Made by a program: the position numbers and the translations under genes. This document shows, one piece after another, positions 1-10,600 of a stretch of DNA of 64,000 nucleotides. Source of the DNA: Cenarchaeum sp. (GTDB lineage Archaea > Thermoproteota > Nitrososphaeria > Nitrososphaerales > Nitrosopumilaceae). The notes beneath the pieces were generated by a model. The model saw nothing but the letters and a program-made list of their open reading frames with translations, was not told the DNA's origin and did no database searches. Every line of letters starts with the position of its first letter. Position 1 is the stretch's first letter. The stretch lies in contig CBDESU010000002.1 in the NCBI GenBank assembly GCA_965242695.1, forward strand, positions 1,344,001-1,408,000, written 5' to 3'.

Positions 1-134
1 TGCGAGTGCGCCCTCGGCGACTCTGCGACGGGCGGATAGCGAGGCCGCCTGCTCTCCTTGCGACCCCTGCGCATCCCCGCCCCCGCCAGGCCCCTGCCCA
101 AACCTTCTTAACGGATCCGTCGGCGCGCCCGGCA

Positions 135-2045
135 ATGGCCACCGACGTGTCCTGGCTGATCGGCGGCCCGCAGGGCAGCGGTGTAGAGTCGGCGGCCAAC
201 ATCTTCTCGCGCGTGTGCGCCAGGCTCGGCTACAACGTGTTCGGCAAGCGCGAGTTCTACTCGAACATAAAGGGCGAGCACAGCTACTTTGTCGTCCGCG
301 TCTCGGACGCCCCCGTCCGCTCCAACGTCAACGACATAGACCTGCTCGTCTCGTATGACGCAGAGACGATATTTCGGCACGCCGAGGACGTGGCCGACAA
401 GTGCGCCGTCCTGTACGACTCGGACCTGGACGCGGTGACGACAGACGACGTAAAGACGCTCGACGCGCCGTTTCGCGCCAGGCTGGAGGCCCACCTCAAG
501 GCGGCTGGCAAGCCGAATACGGTCGCCGGCATACTGGAGATCGCGCAGGCGCGCGGCGCCCACGTGTTCCCAGTCTCGTTCAGCTCGCTGCTCGAAAGGC
601 TCGCGTCCGAGGAGGGAAACCCGCGCCTCAAGGGCATGAAGCGGCTCTTCAACGTCCTCGGCGTGTCGCTCTCGCTCGGCGTCCTGAGCATGCCGACCGA
701 CCCGCTGCTAGAGGCCGTAGACTCGATATTCGCAAAAAAGCCAAAGGTCGCCGAGCTAAACAAGCATGCCGCGCGCCTTGCGTACGCGCGCGGCACCGAG
801 TTTACGGACCTGGACCATTCTCTGCCGCGCATTGAAAAGCGCCCGCATACGATGCTCGTGCAGGGGTTCCAGGGCACGGCCATCGGAAAGATGGTGTGCG
901 GCTGCCGCTTCCAGCCGTACTATCCGATAACGCCGGCATCCGACGAGAGCGTCTACCTAGAGACCAACGAGGTCCTTGCCGTCGAGGGGGACAGGCCGGG
1001 TTCGACCCTGGTCGTGCAGAGCGAGGACGAGATATGCGCCCTGGGGATGACGATCGGGGGCGCCGTCGCTGGCGCCCGCTCGTCGACGTGCACGTCGGGG
1101 CCGGGCTTTTCGCTAATGGCCGAGGCGCTCGGCTGGGCCGGCATCAACGAGGTGCCCGTCGTCGTGACGATGTACCAGCGGAGCGGCCCGTCGACGGGCC
1201 TGCCGACGCGGCACGGCCAGGACGACCTGCTGTTCGCCGTCCACGCGGGGCACGGCGAGTTTCCGCGCATAGTGTACGCGTCGGGCGACGTAGAGGAGAG
1301 CTTTTACGACACGGGGCGGTGCTTCAACTACGCCGACGTGTACCAGGTGCCCGTCGTGCACATGATGGACAAGCTCGTCGCAAGCTCGGTCGTGACGTGC
1401 CCCCGGTTCGACCCCTCGAGGGTTGCGATCGACCGCGGCAAGCTCCTTGCGCGGGTCGAGGAGGGCGCGGACTACCGCCGGTTCGCGCGCTCGGACGACT
1501 GCGTCTCGCCGCGCTCCGTACTGGGCCTCGAGAACGGCGTGTTCTGGAACACGGGCGACGAGAGCGACGAGTACGGCCACATCACCGAGGACCCCGTCGT
1601 GCGAGTCGAGATGATGGACAAGCGCGCCGGCAAGCTGCCCCGCATGCTGCGCGAGATACCCGATGTCGAGCAGGCCGTCTCGTACGGCGTGCGCGAGCAC
1701 ACCGTCGTCAGCTGGGGCTCGGCCAAGGGCGCCGTCCTGGACGCCATCGAGATGCTGCGCGCCGAGGGGATCGACGTCGGGTTCGTACAGGTAAAGCTCC
1801 TCTGCCCGTTCCCCGTGGACTACCTGAGGTTCCTGCTGCGCGACGCAAAGGTCGTCATCGACGTGGAGGCCAACCAGACTGCGCAGCTCGGCCAGCTGAT
1901 GCGGATGCATGCGGGGATCGAGCCGGACCACTGCGTGCTAAAGTACACGGGCCGGGCCATGACGTGCACCGAGGTGCGCGATGCGCTAAGGAGGATAGTC
2001 TCGGGCGGGGCCGAGAAGAGGGAGGTGCTCACCCACGGCGCCTAG
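135..2045 (+). CDS. korA: 2-oxoacid:ferredoxin oxidoreductase subunit alpha (fused gamma-alpha)
   Basis: [40 protein letters not shown] motifs. ATG at 135 chosen over the ORF-track start at 6; CTTAA AT patch ~25 nt upstream. Substrate specificity not determinable. Confidence 0.92.
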   Translation: MATDVSWLIGGPQGSGVESAANIFSRVCARLGYNVFGKREFYSNIKGEHSYFVVRVSDAPVRSNVNDIDLLVSYDAETIFRHAEDVADKCAVLYDSDLDAVTTDDVKTLDAPFRARLEAHLKAAGKPNTVAGILEIAQARGAHVFPVSFSSLLERLASEEGNPRLKGMKRLFNVLGVSLSLGVLSMPTDPLLEAVDSIFAKKPKVAELNKHAARLAYARGTEFTDLDHSLPRIEKRPHTMLVQGFQGTAIGKMVCGCRFQPYYPITPASDESVYLETNEVLAVEGDRPGSTLVVQSEDEICALGMTIGGAVAGARSSTCTSGPGFSLMAEALGWAGINEVPVVVTMYQRSGPSTGLPTRHGQDDLLFAVHAGHGEFPRIVYASGDVEESFYDTGRCFNYADVYQVPVVHMMDKLVASSVVTCPRFDPSRVAIDRGKLLARVEEGADYRRFARSDDCVSPRSVLGLENGVFWNTGDESDEYGHITEDPVVRVEMMDKRAGKLPRMLREIPDVEQAVSYGVREHTVVSWGSAKGAVLDAIEMLRAEGIDVGFVQVKLLCPFPVDYLRFLLRDAKVVIDVEANQTAQLGQLMRMHAGIEPDHCVLKYTGRAMTCTEVRDALRRIVSGGAEKREVLTHGA

Positions 2046-3027
2046 CGGCACCCTTGCGGGGTACAAGACCGGCGTGCACAACGACTGGTGCCCCGGGTGC
2101 GGCGACTTTGGCATCGTAAACGCCATACAGATGGCGCTCGCCGAGCTCGAGGTGCCGCGCCACCGCGCCGCGCTGTTCTCGGGGATAGGCTGCTCGGGCA
2201 AGACGTCGCACTACGTCAACGTGTACGGCGTGCACACGCTGCACGGCAGGGTGCTGACGTTCGCGCAGGGGGCAAAGCTCGCAAACCCGGGGCTTACCGT
2301 CGTCGCTGCCGGCGGCGACGGCGACGGGCTCGGCATCGGGGCCGGCCACTTTGTGGCCGCCGGCAGGCGCAACATCGACATGACGTACATCGTCTTCGAC
2401 AACGGCGTATACGGCCTGACAAAGGGGCAGGCCTCGCCTACGCTAAAGCTCGGCGAAAAGACAAAGTCCCTGCCGTCGCCGAACACAAACTACAACGTAA
2501 ACCCCATTGGGCTCGCCGTGGCAAGCGGCTACACGTTCGTCGCGCGCGGGTACTCTTACGACGTGCGCCACCTAAAGGACCTCATAAAGGCGGCCGTGCG
2601 CCACAGGGGACTGGCGTTCCTCGACGTCCTCCAGCCGTGCCCCACGTACAACGACATCAACACGCGCGACTGGTACGCCGGCAAGGACCTCAAGGAGCGG
2701 GCGGCGGAGGAGGGGCAGGAGACCGCAGCCGCGCGCCACGCCCGCATATACAAGCTCGAGGAGACGGGGTACGACCCCGTCGTCCACTACAGCGAAGAGT
2801 CCGAGGTCAACACGCGCCTCGGCCAGGCACTCACAAAGTCACTCGAGTGGGGCGACCGCATACCGATCGGCGTGTTCTACCGCAACGAGCTCGTCACGCC
2901 GTACGCCGGCCGCATCGCCGACAAGATACCCAACTACGAGGAGAACCCGCCGGCGGTGCAGCGCATAGAGCGGCAGGGGCGGCCCACGACGGACGTGTCT
3001 GCGCTCCTCGACTCGCTGGAGATCTAG
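2035..3027 (+). CDS. korB: 2-oxoacid:ferredoxin oxidoreductase subunit beta; probable ACG start (first canonical in-frame codon is GTG 2074)
   Basis: [26 protein letters not shown] motif, [18 protein letters not shown] at 2021-2027 lies 7 nt before ACG 2035. Confidence 0.9.
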   Translation, partial: TAPSGTLAGYKTGVHNDWCPGCGDFGIVNAIQMALAELEVPRHRAALFSGIGCSGKTSHYVNVYGVHTLHGRVLTFAQGAKLANPGLTVVAAGGDGDGLGIGAGHFVAAGRRNIDMTYIVFDNGVYGLTKGQASPTLKLGEKTKSLPSPNTNYNVNPIGLAVASGYTFVARGYSYDVRHLKDLIKAAVRHRGLAFLDVLQPCPTYNDINTRDWYAGKDLKERAAEEGQETAAARHARIYKLEETGYDPVVHYSEESEVNTRLGQALTKSLEWGDRIPIGVFYRNELVTPYAGRIADKIPNYEENPPAVQRIERQGRPTTDVSALLDSLEI

Positions 3028-3311
3028 GATGGATGGGGAATGCGACAGGTATCCTGCGGGGCGCAGGCAGCCGCGCCGGCGATCCTGCCGGAGGCCGCGC
3101 CGCTCCCGCGCCCTCGTTGCGATCAAAACTTGGCACACGACGGCTGACCCCGCACACCTGTCCTGCTTGGCGGCTGGGGGTGCGGGGGGGGAGGGCCAAA
3201 GGCGCGCGACGTGTGCGCCGCCGGCAAGGGATAATAAGCCGCCCCCGGCGCGCCGGGCCTGCCAATGCCGCACAGCACGCCGCGGGCCTCCCGCCGGGCC
3301 GGGGAACTGCC

Positions 3312-4961
3312 TTGAGCGGGGAGGATGCCGCCCCTTCCGTCGCGCCACCGCCAGCCGGCGGCGGCGGCAGAGGTGGCTTTGAGGCGCAGCTGCGCTCGCT
3401 CGGGCTGGATCCGGCAAGGGCCCATCGCAACCTGCATCCCGACGAGCTGGCCCGCATGGCCGTAGCCCGCGGCGAGGGCGCGATTGCGAGCACCGGCTCG
3501 CTGTCGGTGCGGACGGGCCGCTACACGGGCCGCTCGCCGGACGACCGCTACATCGTCGACGACGAGACGACGCACGGCACGGTCGACTGGGGCAAGATCA
3601 ACCACCCGCTCGCGCCGGACCTGTTCGCGCGGATCATGGAAAGGATGAAGGCCGCCGCGCGCGAGGCCCCCGAGCTGTTCGTGTTCGACGGCTTTGTCGG
3701 CGCCGATCCTGCCAGCCGCCTGCCGATCCGCGTCATTGGCGACCGCGCCTGGCAGTCGCTGTTCGCCAGGCAGATGTTCATACGGCCGACCGAGTCCGAG
3801 CTCGCCTCGCACGACCCAGAGTTTACCGTCCTGTGCCTCAACGGCTTCGAGGCCGACCCCTCCTCGGACGGGACCAACTCGAACGTCTTCATACTCATCG
3901 ACCTCACGCGCCGGACTGTCCTGATCGGCGGCACGCACTACGCCGGCGAGATCAAAAAGTCCATGTTTACCGTCATGAACTACGTCCTGCCCGCAAGGGG
4001 CATCTTCCCGATGCACTGCTCGGCGAACACGGGCAGGGGCGGGGGCGACACGGCGCTGTTCTTTGGGCTGTCGGGCACGGGCAAGACGTCGCTGTCGGCC
4101 GATCCCGACAGGGGCCTCGTCGGCGACGACGAGCACGGCTGGTCGGACACGGGCGTGTTCAACTTCGAGGGCGGCTGCTACGCAAAGTGCATAAACCTGA
4201 GCCGGGATGCCGAGCCGCAGATATGGGACGCGATCCGGCCGGGAACCGTCCTCGAGAACGTGGTGCTGGCGGGGCCGTCGAACGCGCCGGACTTTGCCGA
4301 CGGCAGCCTCACCGAGAACACGCGGGCCGCCTACCCGCTCGACTACATACCGGGCGCCGTGTCGCCCAGCGTCGGCGGCCACCCCCGCGTGATCGTATTC
4401 CTGACCGCCGACGCGCTCGGCGTCCTCCCGCCCCTCTCGCGCCTCTCGCGCAGCGCGGCCATGTACCACTTCATGTCGGGGTACACGAGCAAGCTTGCGG
4501 GCACGGAGCGCGGCATAAAGGAGCCAAAGGCCGCATTTTCCGAGTGCTTTGGGGCCCCGTTCATGCCGCGGCCGGCGACCGAGTACGCCCGGATGCTCGG
4601 CGAGAAGATCGACCGGCACGGCACGCGCGTGTACCTCGTCAACACGGGGTGGTCTGGCGGGCCGTACGGCGTGGGCAGGCGCATACGGATCGGGCACAGC
4701 CGCGCCATGGTCTCGGCCGTGCTCGGCGGCCGGCTCGACGAGTCCGGCTACCGCCGCGATGCGCTGTTCAACCTCGACGTGCCGGTGTCGTGCCCCGGTG
4801 TGCCGGCCGAGATACTCGACCCGCGCAACACGTGGGACGACAAGGGCGCGTACGACGAGTCGGCCCGCCGCCTCGCCCGCATGTTCGTCGACAACTTTGC
4901 AAAGTTCGGGGGCGCCTCGCCCGACATACGGAACGCGGGGCCGCGCCCCGACGCGTCCTAG
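3312..4961 (+). CDS. pckA: Phosphoenolpyruvate carboxykinase (ATP)
   Basis: TGRSPDDR, YAGEIKK, MHCSAN, FFGLSGTGKT, GDDEHGW, EGGCYAK. Start TTG 3312 inferred; the upstream part of the 2088 ORF is a shadow frame. Confidence 0.93.
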   Translation: MSGEDAAPSVAPPPAGGGGRGGFEAQLRSLGLDPARAHRNLHPDELARMAVARGEGAIASTGSLSVRTGRYTGRSPDDRYIVDDETTHGTVDWGKINHPLAPDLFARIMERMKAAAREAPELFVFDGFVGADPASRLPIRVIGDRAWQSLFARQMFIRPTESELASHDPEFTVLCLNGFEADPSSDGTNSNVFILIDLTRRTVLIGGTHYAGEIKKSMFTVMNYVLPARGIFPMHCSANTGRGGGDTALFFGLSGTGKTSLSADPDRGLVGDDEHGWSDTGVFNFEGGCYAKCINLSRDAEPQIWDAIRPGTVLENVVLAGPSNAPDFADGSLTENTRAAYPLDYIPGAVSPSVGGHPRVIVFLTADALGVLPPLSRLSRSAAMYHFMSGYTSKLAGTERGIKEPKAAFSECFGAPFMPRPATEYARMLGEKIDRHGTRVYLVNTGWSGGPYGVGRRIRIGHSRAMVSAVLGGRLDESGYRRDALFNLDVPVSCPGVPAEILDPRNTWDDKGAYDESARRLARMFVDNFAKFGGASPDIRNAGPRPDAS

Positions 4962-7285
4962 GCCTGCCGCGCCCCGCCGCCGGACGATCGCGCGGGATGG
5001 CGCGGCATCGGCGGCGCGCGCCTCGACTGCACCGCAATTGCGGCTCCCGCGGCCGCAATGGCGGCGACGGCCGCGGCGACGATGGGCGCCTGCCTCTCGG
5101 GCAGGTGCGGCCAGGGGATGCCGCCGCCGGCCGGGTCGGGCCTTTCACCGCCCGCGGCCCCGTCCCCCGCCGCCCCGGCCACGTCCACCTTGCCGAACGC
5201 ATCGGCGACCGGCCCGCCCGGCCGCCCGCCGACCAGTATGCTAGCCTCGATCCAGTGCGTGCCGCCGCGCTCGACGCCGATGCGCGCCGGCTCGCCTGGC
5301 CTTGACGAGGAGTGGTACTGCGCGCCCGTGAGCGGGTCGGTTACGGTCACCCTCGCGTACGACCAGCCGCCGGGGGCCTCGACGCTGACCTCGAGGGCGC
5401 CCCCCTCCCCGCCGCCCGCACCAAGGCCGAGCCAGCCTGCGCCTCTTGGAACCTCGGCCGCCGAGACCGTCCCGTTCGAGACCCTGACCATGACGGGCAC
5501 AGTGTACGACCCTTCCCCGTCGGAGACGGCAAGCGAGCCGGCCAGCGTGCGCGTTCTCCAGTCGGCCTCGCCTTCCCCCCCGCCCTCCGCGCCGCCGCCA
5601 AGCGACGCACGGAGCGTGACCGTGGCGCCGTTCCCCGGCCCGTACTCGACCGAGTGGTTCCCGGACACGCCGCGCGGCAGGCTCGCCGAGACGTCGAGGG
5701 GCCCCACCGGCCCGCCGTCTATCCTTGCCACGCCGATCGACGCCGAGCCGGACGGCCGCGCCGGCGACGCGTCCAGGTCGAGCAGGGGCGGCTCGAAGAC
5801 GATCCCGGCCGCAAGGGCCCTTGTGGCGTTGAGCCGCCCGGCGCCGGCCGCGTCCGGCAGGCCCCTGCCGACATTCGGCGACCCCTCTGCACCGGCGACC
5901 TCGTCCGCCGTAGTCACAAGGATCGACCTTACGGCCGCCGGCGACAGGCCGGGATGCCTCTCGAGCAGCAGGGCGGCCGCGCCGGCCACGTGCGGCGCGG
6001 CAAAGCTCGTCCCGCTCGACACGTTGTACCCGCCCCCGTTGAGCGTCGTGTTGACGAAGACGCCGGGCGCGACCAGGTCCGGCTTTGGGTAGAACGGAGA
6101 GACGGGGCCCCTCGAGCTGAACCCGACGACAAAGTCGGGGCTCTCCATCACCTCGAGGACCGCCGGCGCCGCGCCCCCTCCCAGTCCAGCCGCCTCGCGC
6201 AGCTCGAGCCCGTCCTCCCTTGAGATCGAGGCGGCCGGGATGGACGGGGCGTACCCGTCGGGGTTGTGCTCGTGGACCAGCTCGCCAAAGAACATGCCCG
6301 GCTCGCTGTTGTACACGACAATGGCGGCCGCGCCGCCGGCAGCCGCGTTGCGCTCCTTGTCCGAAAAGTATACGAGCGTGTCGGGGTCTGCGCTGCCGCG
6401 CTCGGCGAGCACTATCGCGCCTGCCACCGCGGATCCGGCCCGCTCGATGTCGGACTCTGTGGCGTGGCCCGCGAACACGATGCGCCCCTCGACCGGCCCC
6501 TGCGGCTCGGGCGCGCCGACCATCGGGACGGCGCCGTACGTCGAGCCTCCGTACTCGATCGTGGCCACCAGGCCGGCCGTCACGTTGTTGTAGGTGGCGC
6601 CGACGGTAATCACGTTGGGGTTGCGGCCGGGGCTGCCGATGCTGCCGGGATCGGGGCCGTCGTTTCCGGCGGCCGCCACGACGACGACGCCGCCGGCGAC
6701 GGCGCGGTTGACCTCGGCGTCAATGTCCTCGTTGGTCCGGTTCACGCCTAGGCTGATGTTGACCACGTCGGCGCCGTCTGCCACGGCCTCCCTGACTGCC
6801 AGCATGATGACGTCCGGCGAGACCGACAGGCCGTCGCCGGACACCTTGTACGATGCGATCTCGGAGAGCGGGGCCATGCCGCGCAGGGCGCCGCCTGCCG
6901 CAATGACTCCGGCCACGCCCGTGCCGTGCCCATCAGCATCAAAGGCGGGGCCCGCGCCGAGCAGGTTGCGCGAGGCGGCGATCCTCGAGCCGCCGTCCTT
7001 GCCGGCAAAGTCGGGGTGGAACGTGTCGACGCCCGTGTCGATGACGGCGACCTTGATTCCGGCCCCGCCGGGCCCCCCGGCCCGCTCTGCCGGCGCCCCG
7101 CCGCCCCAGACGTACGGGATGCTGTCCTCGAGGGCCTTTGAGGGGAGGCCCGCCCCGGACTGCGGATCGGGCGGACCGGCGGCGGCCCCTGCCGCGAGGC
7201 AGGCCGCCGCAACGGCAACGGCGACGGCCGCAACCGCGGCGGCGAACGCAGGCGCGGGCGCGGCCCGGCCGGATGCGCGGCTCAC
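4958..7285 (-). CDS. Secreted, membrane-anchored subtilisin-like S8 peptidase with PA domain
   Basis: Signal peptide; VAVIDTGVD, HGTGVAG, AAGN, SGTSFAAPHVAG catalytic motifs; PA insert (IVLAERG...AAAIVVYN); C-terminal hydrophobic anchor. Confidence 0.9.
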   Translation of the reverse strand: MSRASGRAAPAPAFAAAVAAVAVAVAAACLAAGAAAGPPDPQSGAGLPSKALEDSIPYVWGGGAPAERAGGPGGAGIKVAVIDTGVDTFHPDFAGKDGGSRIAASRNLLGAGPAFDADGHGTGVAGVIAAGGALRGMAPLSEIASYKVSGDGLSVSPDVIMLAVREAVADGADVVNISLGVNRTNEDIDAEVNRAVAGGVVVVAAAGNDGPDPGSIGSPGRNPNVITVGATYNNVTAGLVATIEYGGSTYGAVPMVGAPEPQGPVEGRIVFAGHATESDIERAGSAVAGAIVLAERGSADPDTLVYFSDKERNAAAGGAAAIVVYNSEPGMFFGELVHEHNPDGYAPSIPAASISREDGLELREAAGLGGGAAPAVLEVMESPDFVVGFSSRGPVSPFYPKPDLVAPGVFVNTTLNGGGYNVSSGTSFAAPHVAGAAALLLERHPGLSPAAVRSILVTTADEVAGAEGSPNVGRGLPDAAGAGRLNATRALAAGIVFEPPLLDLDASPARPSGSASIGVARIDGGPVGPLDVSASLPRGVSGNHSVEYGPGNGATVTLRASLGGGAEGGGEGEADWRTRTLAGSLAVSDGEGSYTVPVMVRVSNGTVSAAEVPRGAGWLGLGAGGGEGGALEVSVEAPGGWSYARVTVTDPLTGAQYHSSSRPGEPARIGVERGGTHWIEASILVGGRPGGPVADAFGKVDVAGAAGDGAAGGERPDPAGGGIPWPHLPERQAPIVAAAVAAIAAAGAAIAVQSRRAPPMPRHPARSSGGGARQA

Positions 7286-7621
7286 GGCACGCGCGGCTGC
7301 GCGTCTTCTATTAACCGGTTACAGCGGCTTGGGCGGGCGCATGGGCCTGCTGGCGGCAGGGCGGGGGGCGGGGGAGGGAGGAGGGGGCTAGCCTGCGCAG
7401 CGGGGAGTATCGTGCGCCTGGCATTCCCGCCGCCTAGGGCGCAGGGAGCGGGGGATTCCACAGCGAGCATGGGAGCGGCCGTCTTCGTCCGAGCCAGCCG
7501 GCGTGTGCCGCGGAGGCGCCATGCCGAGCGAGGCATGCCTGAGGCTTTCTGGCCACTTGAACGGGGCGCGGCAGGGCGTCCGTGCCCCTGCCCTGCCGCC
7601 TCCCAGAGCCCGGCGGCGGCG

Positions 7622-10600
7622 CTACCTGCCCACATCCTCGGGCCTCACAACCTCCACGCCCGTCTCGGCCCTTATGTGGTCCCCAAAGGCCGTAAAGTCC
7701 GAGTCCCACGTCACCAGGCTCGTGCTTGCCGGCCTTGCCGGGTTGACGTGCATGTCTATGGCAGTCGCAAGCACCAGGACGTCCCTGCCCGAGGGCGGCC
7801 CGCCCACGTACCTGGCCGACTTCTTCGCCGCCTTGTCGTCCGCATGCATGCACCACTCCCTTATCGTGTCCTCGCCGGAGTAGAGCCACGCCGACATGAA
7901 CGCCTCCCTAGCCCTTTGCATGCGCATGTCCATCCTGCCGCGGCCCTTGATCACGGTGCACAGCGGGCCTATCGCGTCGTGGAGCATCCTGGAGCGCTGC
8001 TCGCTGCCGGCGACCTTTCCGTACGCCTCGTTGTAGCACACCTGCGGGATAAAGCACTGCCTCTTCTCGAACATGGGCACCATGGACCCCTCAAAGACGG
8101 TCCCGCGCGCCAGGTGGTCTAGGTACGAAATGACGACGTTCGTGTCGCAGACGTACTGCAGGTCCGGCGCGCCTCCTGCCTCGCCTCCCGTTCCGGCGCC
8201 GCGAGGCCCGCCTACGGCCGCGCCGCCCCCGGCAGCCCTCCCGGAGCGGATCCGCCCCCTGTCGATCCTCGAGTAAAAGCCGGCCGAGTACAGGCGGCTG
8301 CCCTCCAGCGACCCGAGGTAGTATTCGGCCGCCTCGCCGTGCCGGCCGAGAATGTCGCAGATCTTTCCGCAATAGTGCCTCTCCTCGCTGTCCGCCGGCT
8401 CGGCCCCGTCGAGCACACTACTGAGAAACTCCCTGGCAGCCTCGTCGCCGTCCTCGCCGCCGCACAGCATGCACACGCCCCTCCAGTACTTTGCCGCTAT
8501 GACCCGGTCGGGCTGCCCCTCGATGGCCGCGTCGTAGTACCGCATAGCGTCGGCGTACCTGGAGCGGTCGCCCGTGCCCTGGGCGTGCTTTCTGGCGGCC
8601 TTTCCGGCTAGCAGGTGCGCCTCCAAGAGGCGGGGATCCAGCGCAATGGCGCCGGCAAAGTACTCCTCGGCCCTCCTAAGGTTGTCGACGTCGCTCCTCT
8701 GCTTGAGGCATGCCTTTCCGGCCCCTATGAGGGGCTCGGGGCCTTCCGGGGACCGCCTCGCGGCTTCTGCGTACGCGTCCTCCGCCTCTACATACAGCCT
8801 CCGCTTTGTCGGCATGTCGACCTCGTCGCGGGCGCGCTTGTACAGGTCGCTTGCCCTGCACATGGCCATTCCGGCGCCGGCCCTTTCCGCGTTCCCGCCG
8901 CACTTGCCGGCAACCTCGTAGTACCACTCGGCCCTGTTGTAGTTGCCGTCCCTTGCAGCCGCGTCGGCTATCGCAAAGTGCGCCGCGTGGCTCCCCGCAT
9001 CGATGCGACTGGCCGCCTCGTAGCACGCGATCGCATCCTTGCGCCTACCCGCCTTCTCGAGGGCGCCGCCGGCCCGCAGGCAGCCCTCGGCGCACTCGGC
9101 TGCAATACCTGCGTCCATTTCGGCGGCCATCTCGTAGCATTCGGCAGCCCTGTCGTGCAGCCCCTCGCCCTCCAGCCCCGCGCCGACGCCGGCGCAGAGC
9201 CTCCCCGTCCCAGCCCCCGCCCCGTCGGCCGCCGCCGCCGCCGCCGCCATGAGCAGGCTGTCGTATGCGGGCGCATGCATGGACTCGGCGTGGAGGGACC
9301 TTGCAATCCCGACATACGCGCGCGATCTCTCGGCGCCAGTTCCGCCCTTCCTGGCCCTGGCATACCACCCCTCGGCCTCGCCATGCATCCCCTCTCCGAG
9401 CAGCGCATCGGCGATGGCAAGGCATGCGGCGCTGCCGCCCGCGCTGCCGGACGCCTCCGCCGCGAAGCGGCGCGGTCCCGGGCCTCCATGCTCTTCCCCC
9501 GGCGCCTCCCCATACGCGGCGGCCGCCTCGGCATGCCTGCCGTCTCCCGAGAGCGAGGCGGCCAGGCCGAGCCACGATGCGGCGCTGCCGCCCGCCTCTG
9601 CGCCGGCCTTGAAGCACGCGGCCGCCTCGCCGTGCCGCGACTCGGCGAACATCGCGCGGCCCCACCTTGCGAGCGCATCCTCGCACTCTTCCGGGCCGAT
9701 CATGCCCGCCGCCTGGGCGCCCCTTACGCACGCGACCGCCTCGGATATCCTAGAGTCGCCGGCCAGCCCGTCGCCGCACCTGACGCAACCGCCGCCGCAC
9801 CTCGGGCGCAGGGATCTGTCCTCCCCGAACGCCCTGCCGTACTCGGCGGCAGCCTCTTCGTGCCTGCCCATATCAAGCAGTATGTCCGCGGCGGCCAAGC
9901 GCAGCCCGGGGCTCTTTTCGCCGCCCCCAGCCCCGCCGCAGCACTCGAGCGCAAGCCGGAGGATCCTCGCCCTGACACCCCTCCCCTTGCCGGCGCCAGC
10001 CCTGTCGGCCATGTCCATGCACGCGCGCGTCTGCTCGAGCGCAAGCGAGGGGTCGAGGGCGGCCGCGCCGGCGTGCGCCTCGGCCGCCGCCTCCAGCCTT
10101 CCCATTTCGCCTAGCGCCCGCCCGCACCTTGCGCAGCCGGCGGCTGCCTTTTCCGATCCGCCGCCGCCCGCCGCCGCCCGGTGCCATCTGGCAGCCTCGG
10201 CATAGTGCCTCGCGGCCTCGCCCGCGTCCCCGCCCCTGCGGGACCGCGCCTCGGCGGCGCACCTTTCGTGCGCCTCTGCACACTCTGGCGCATGCGAGGG
10301 CTCTAGCTTTGCGGCCGCGCCGAGGGCCTCGGCCGCCTCTGCAAGCCTGCCCATGTCGGCAAGCGCCCTGCCGCACCTTGCGCAGCCGGCGGCCGCCTCG
10401 GCTGCCGCGCCCGCATCCCCCGCGCTGGCCTCCTGGTGCCACGACGCGGCCTTTGCATAGTGCGCCGCCGCCTCGTCGTCGCGCCCGCCTGGCCCAGACC
10501 GAAGCGCCGCGCCGCACTCCTCGTGCGCCCTTGCGCACTCTGGCGCATGCGCGCGATCCAGCTCGGCCGCCGCCTCGATGCACGCGGCCGCCTCTTCGGG

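Noticed and set aside
2088-3311. 957-aa ORF suggesting a long N-terminal fusion to PckA
   Set aside because: The upstream part is an Arg/Pro-rich shadow frame of korB; stop codons are rare at this GC content.
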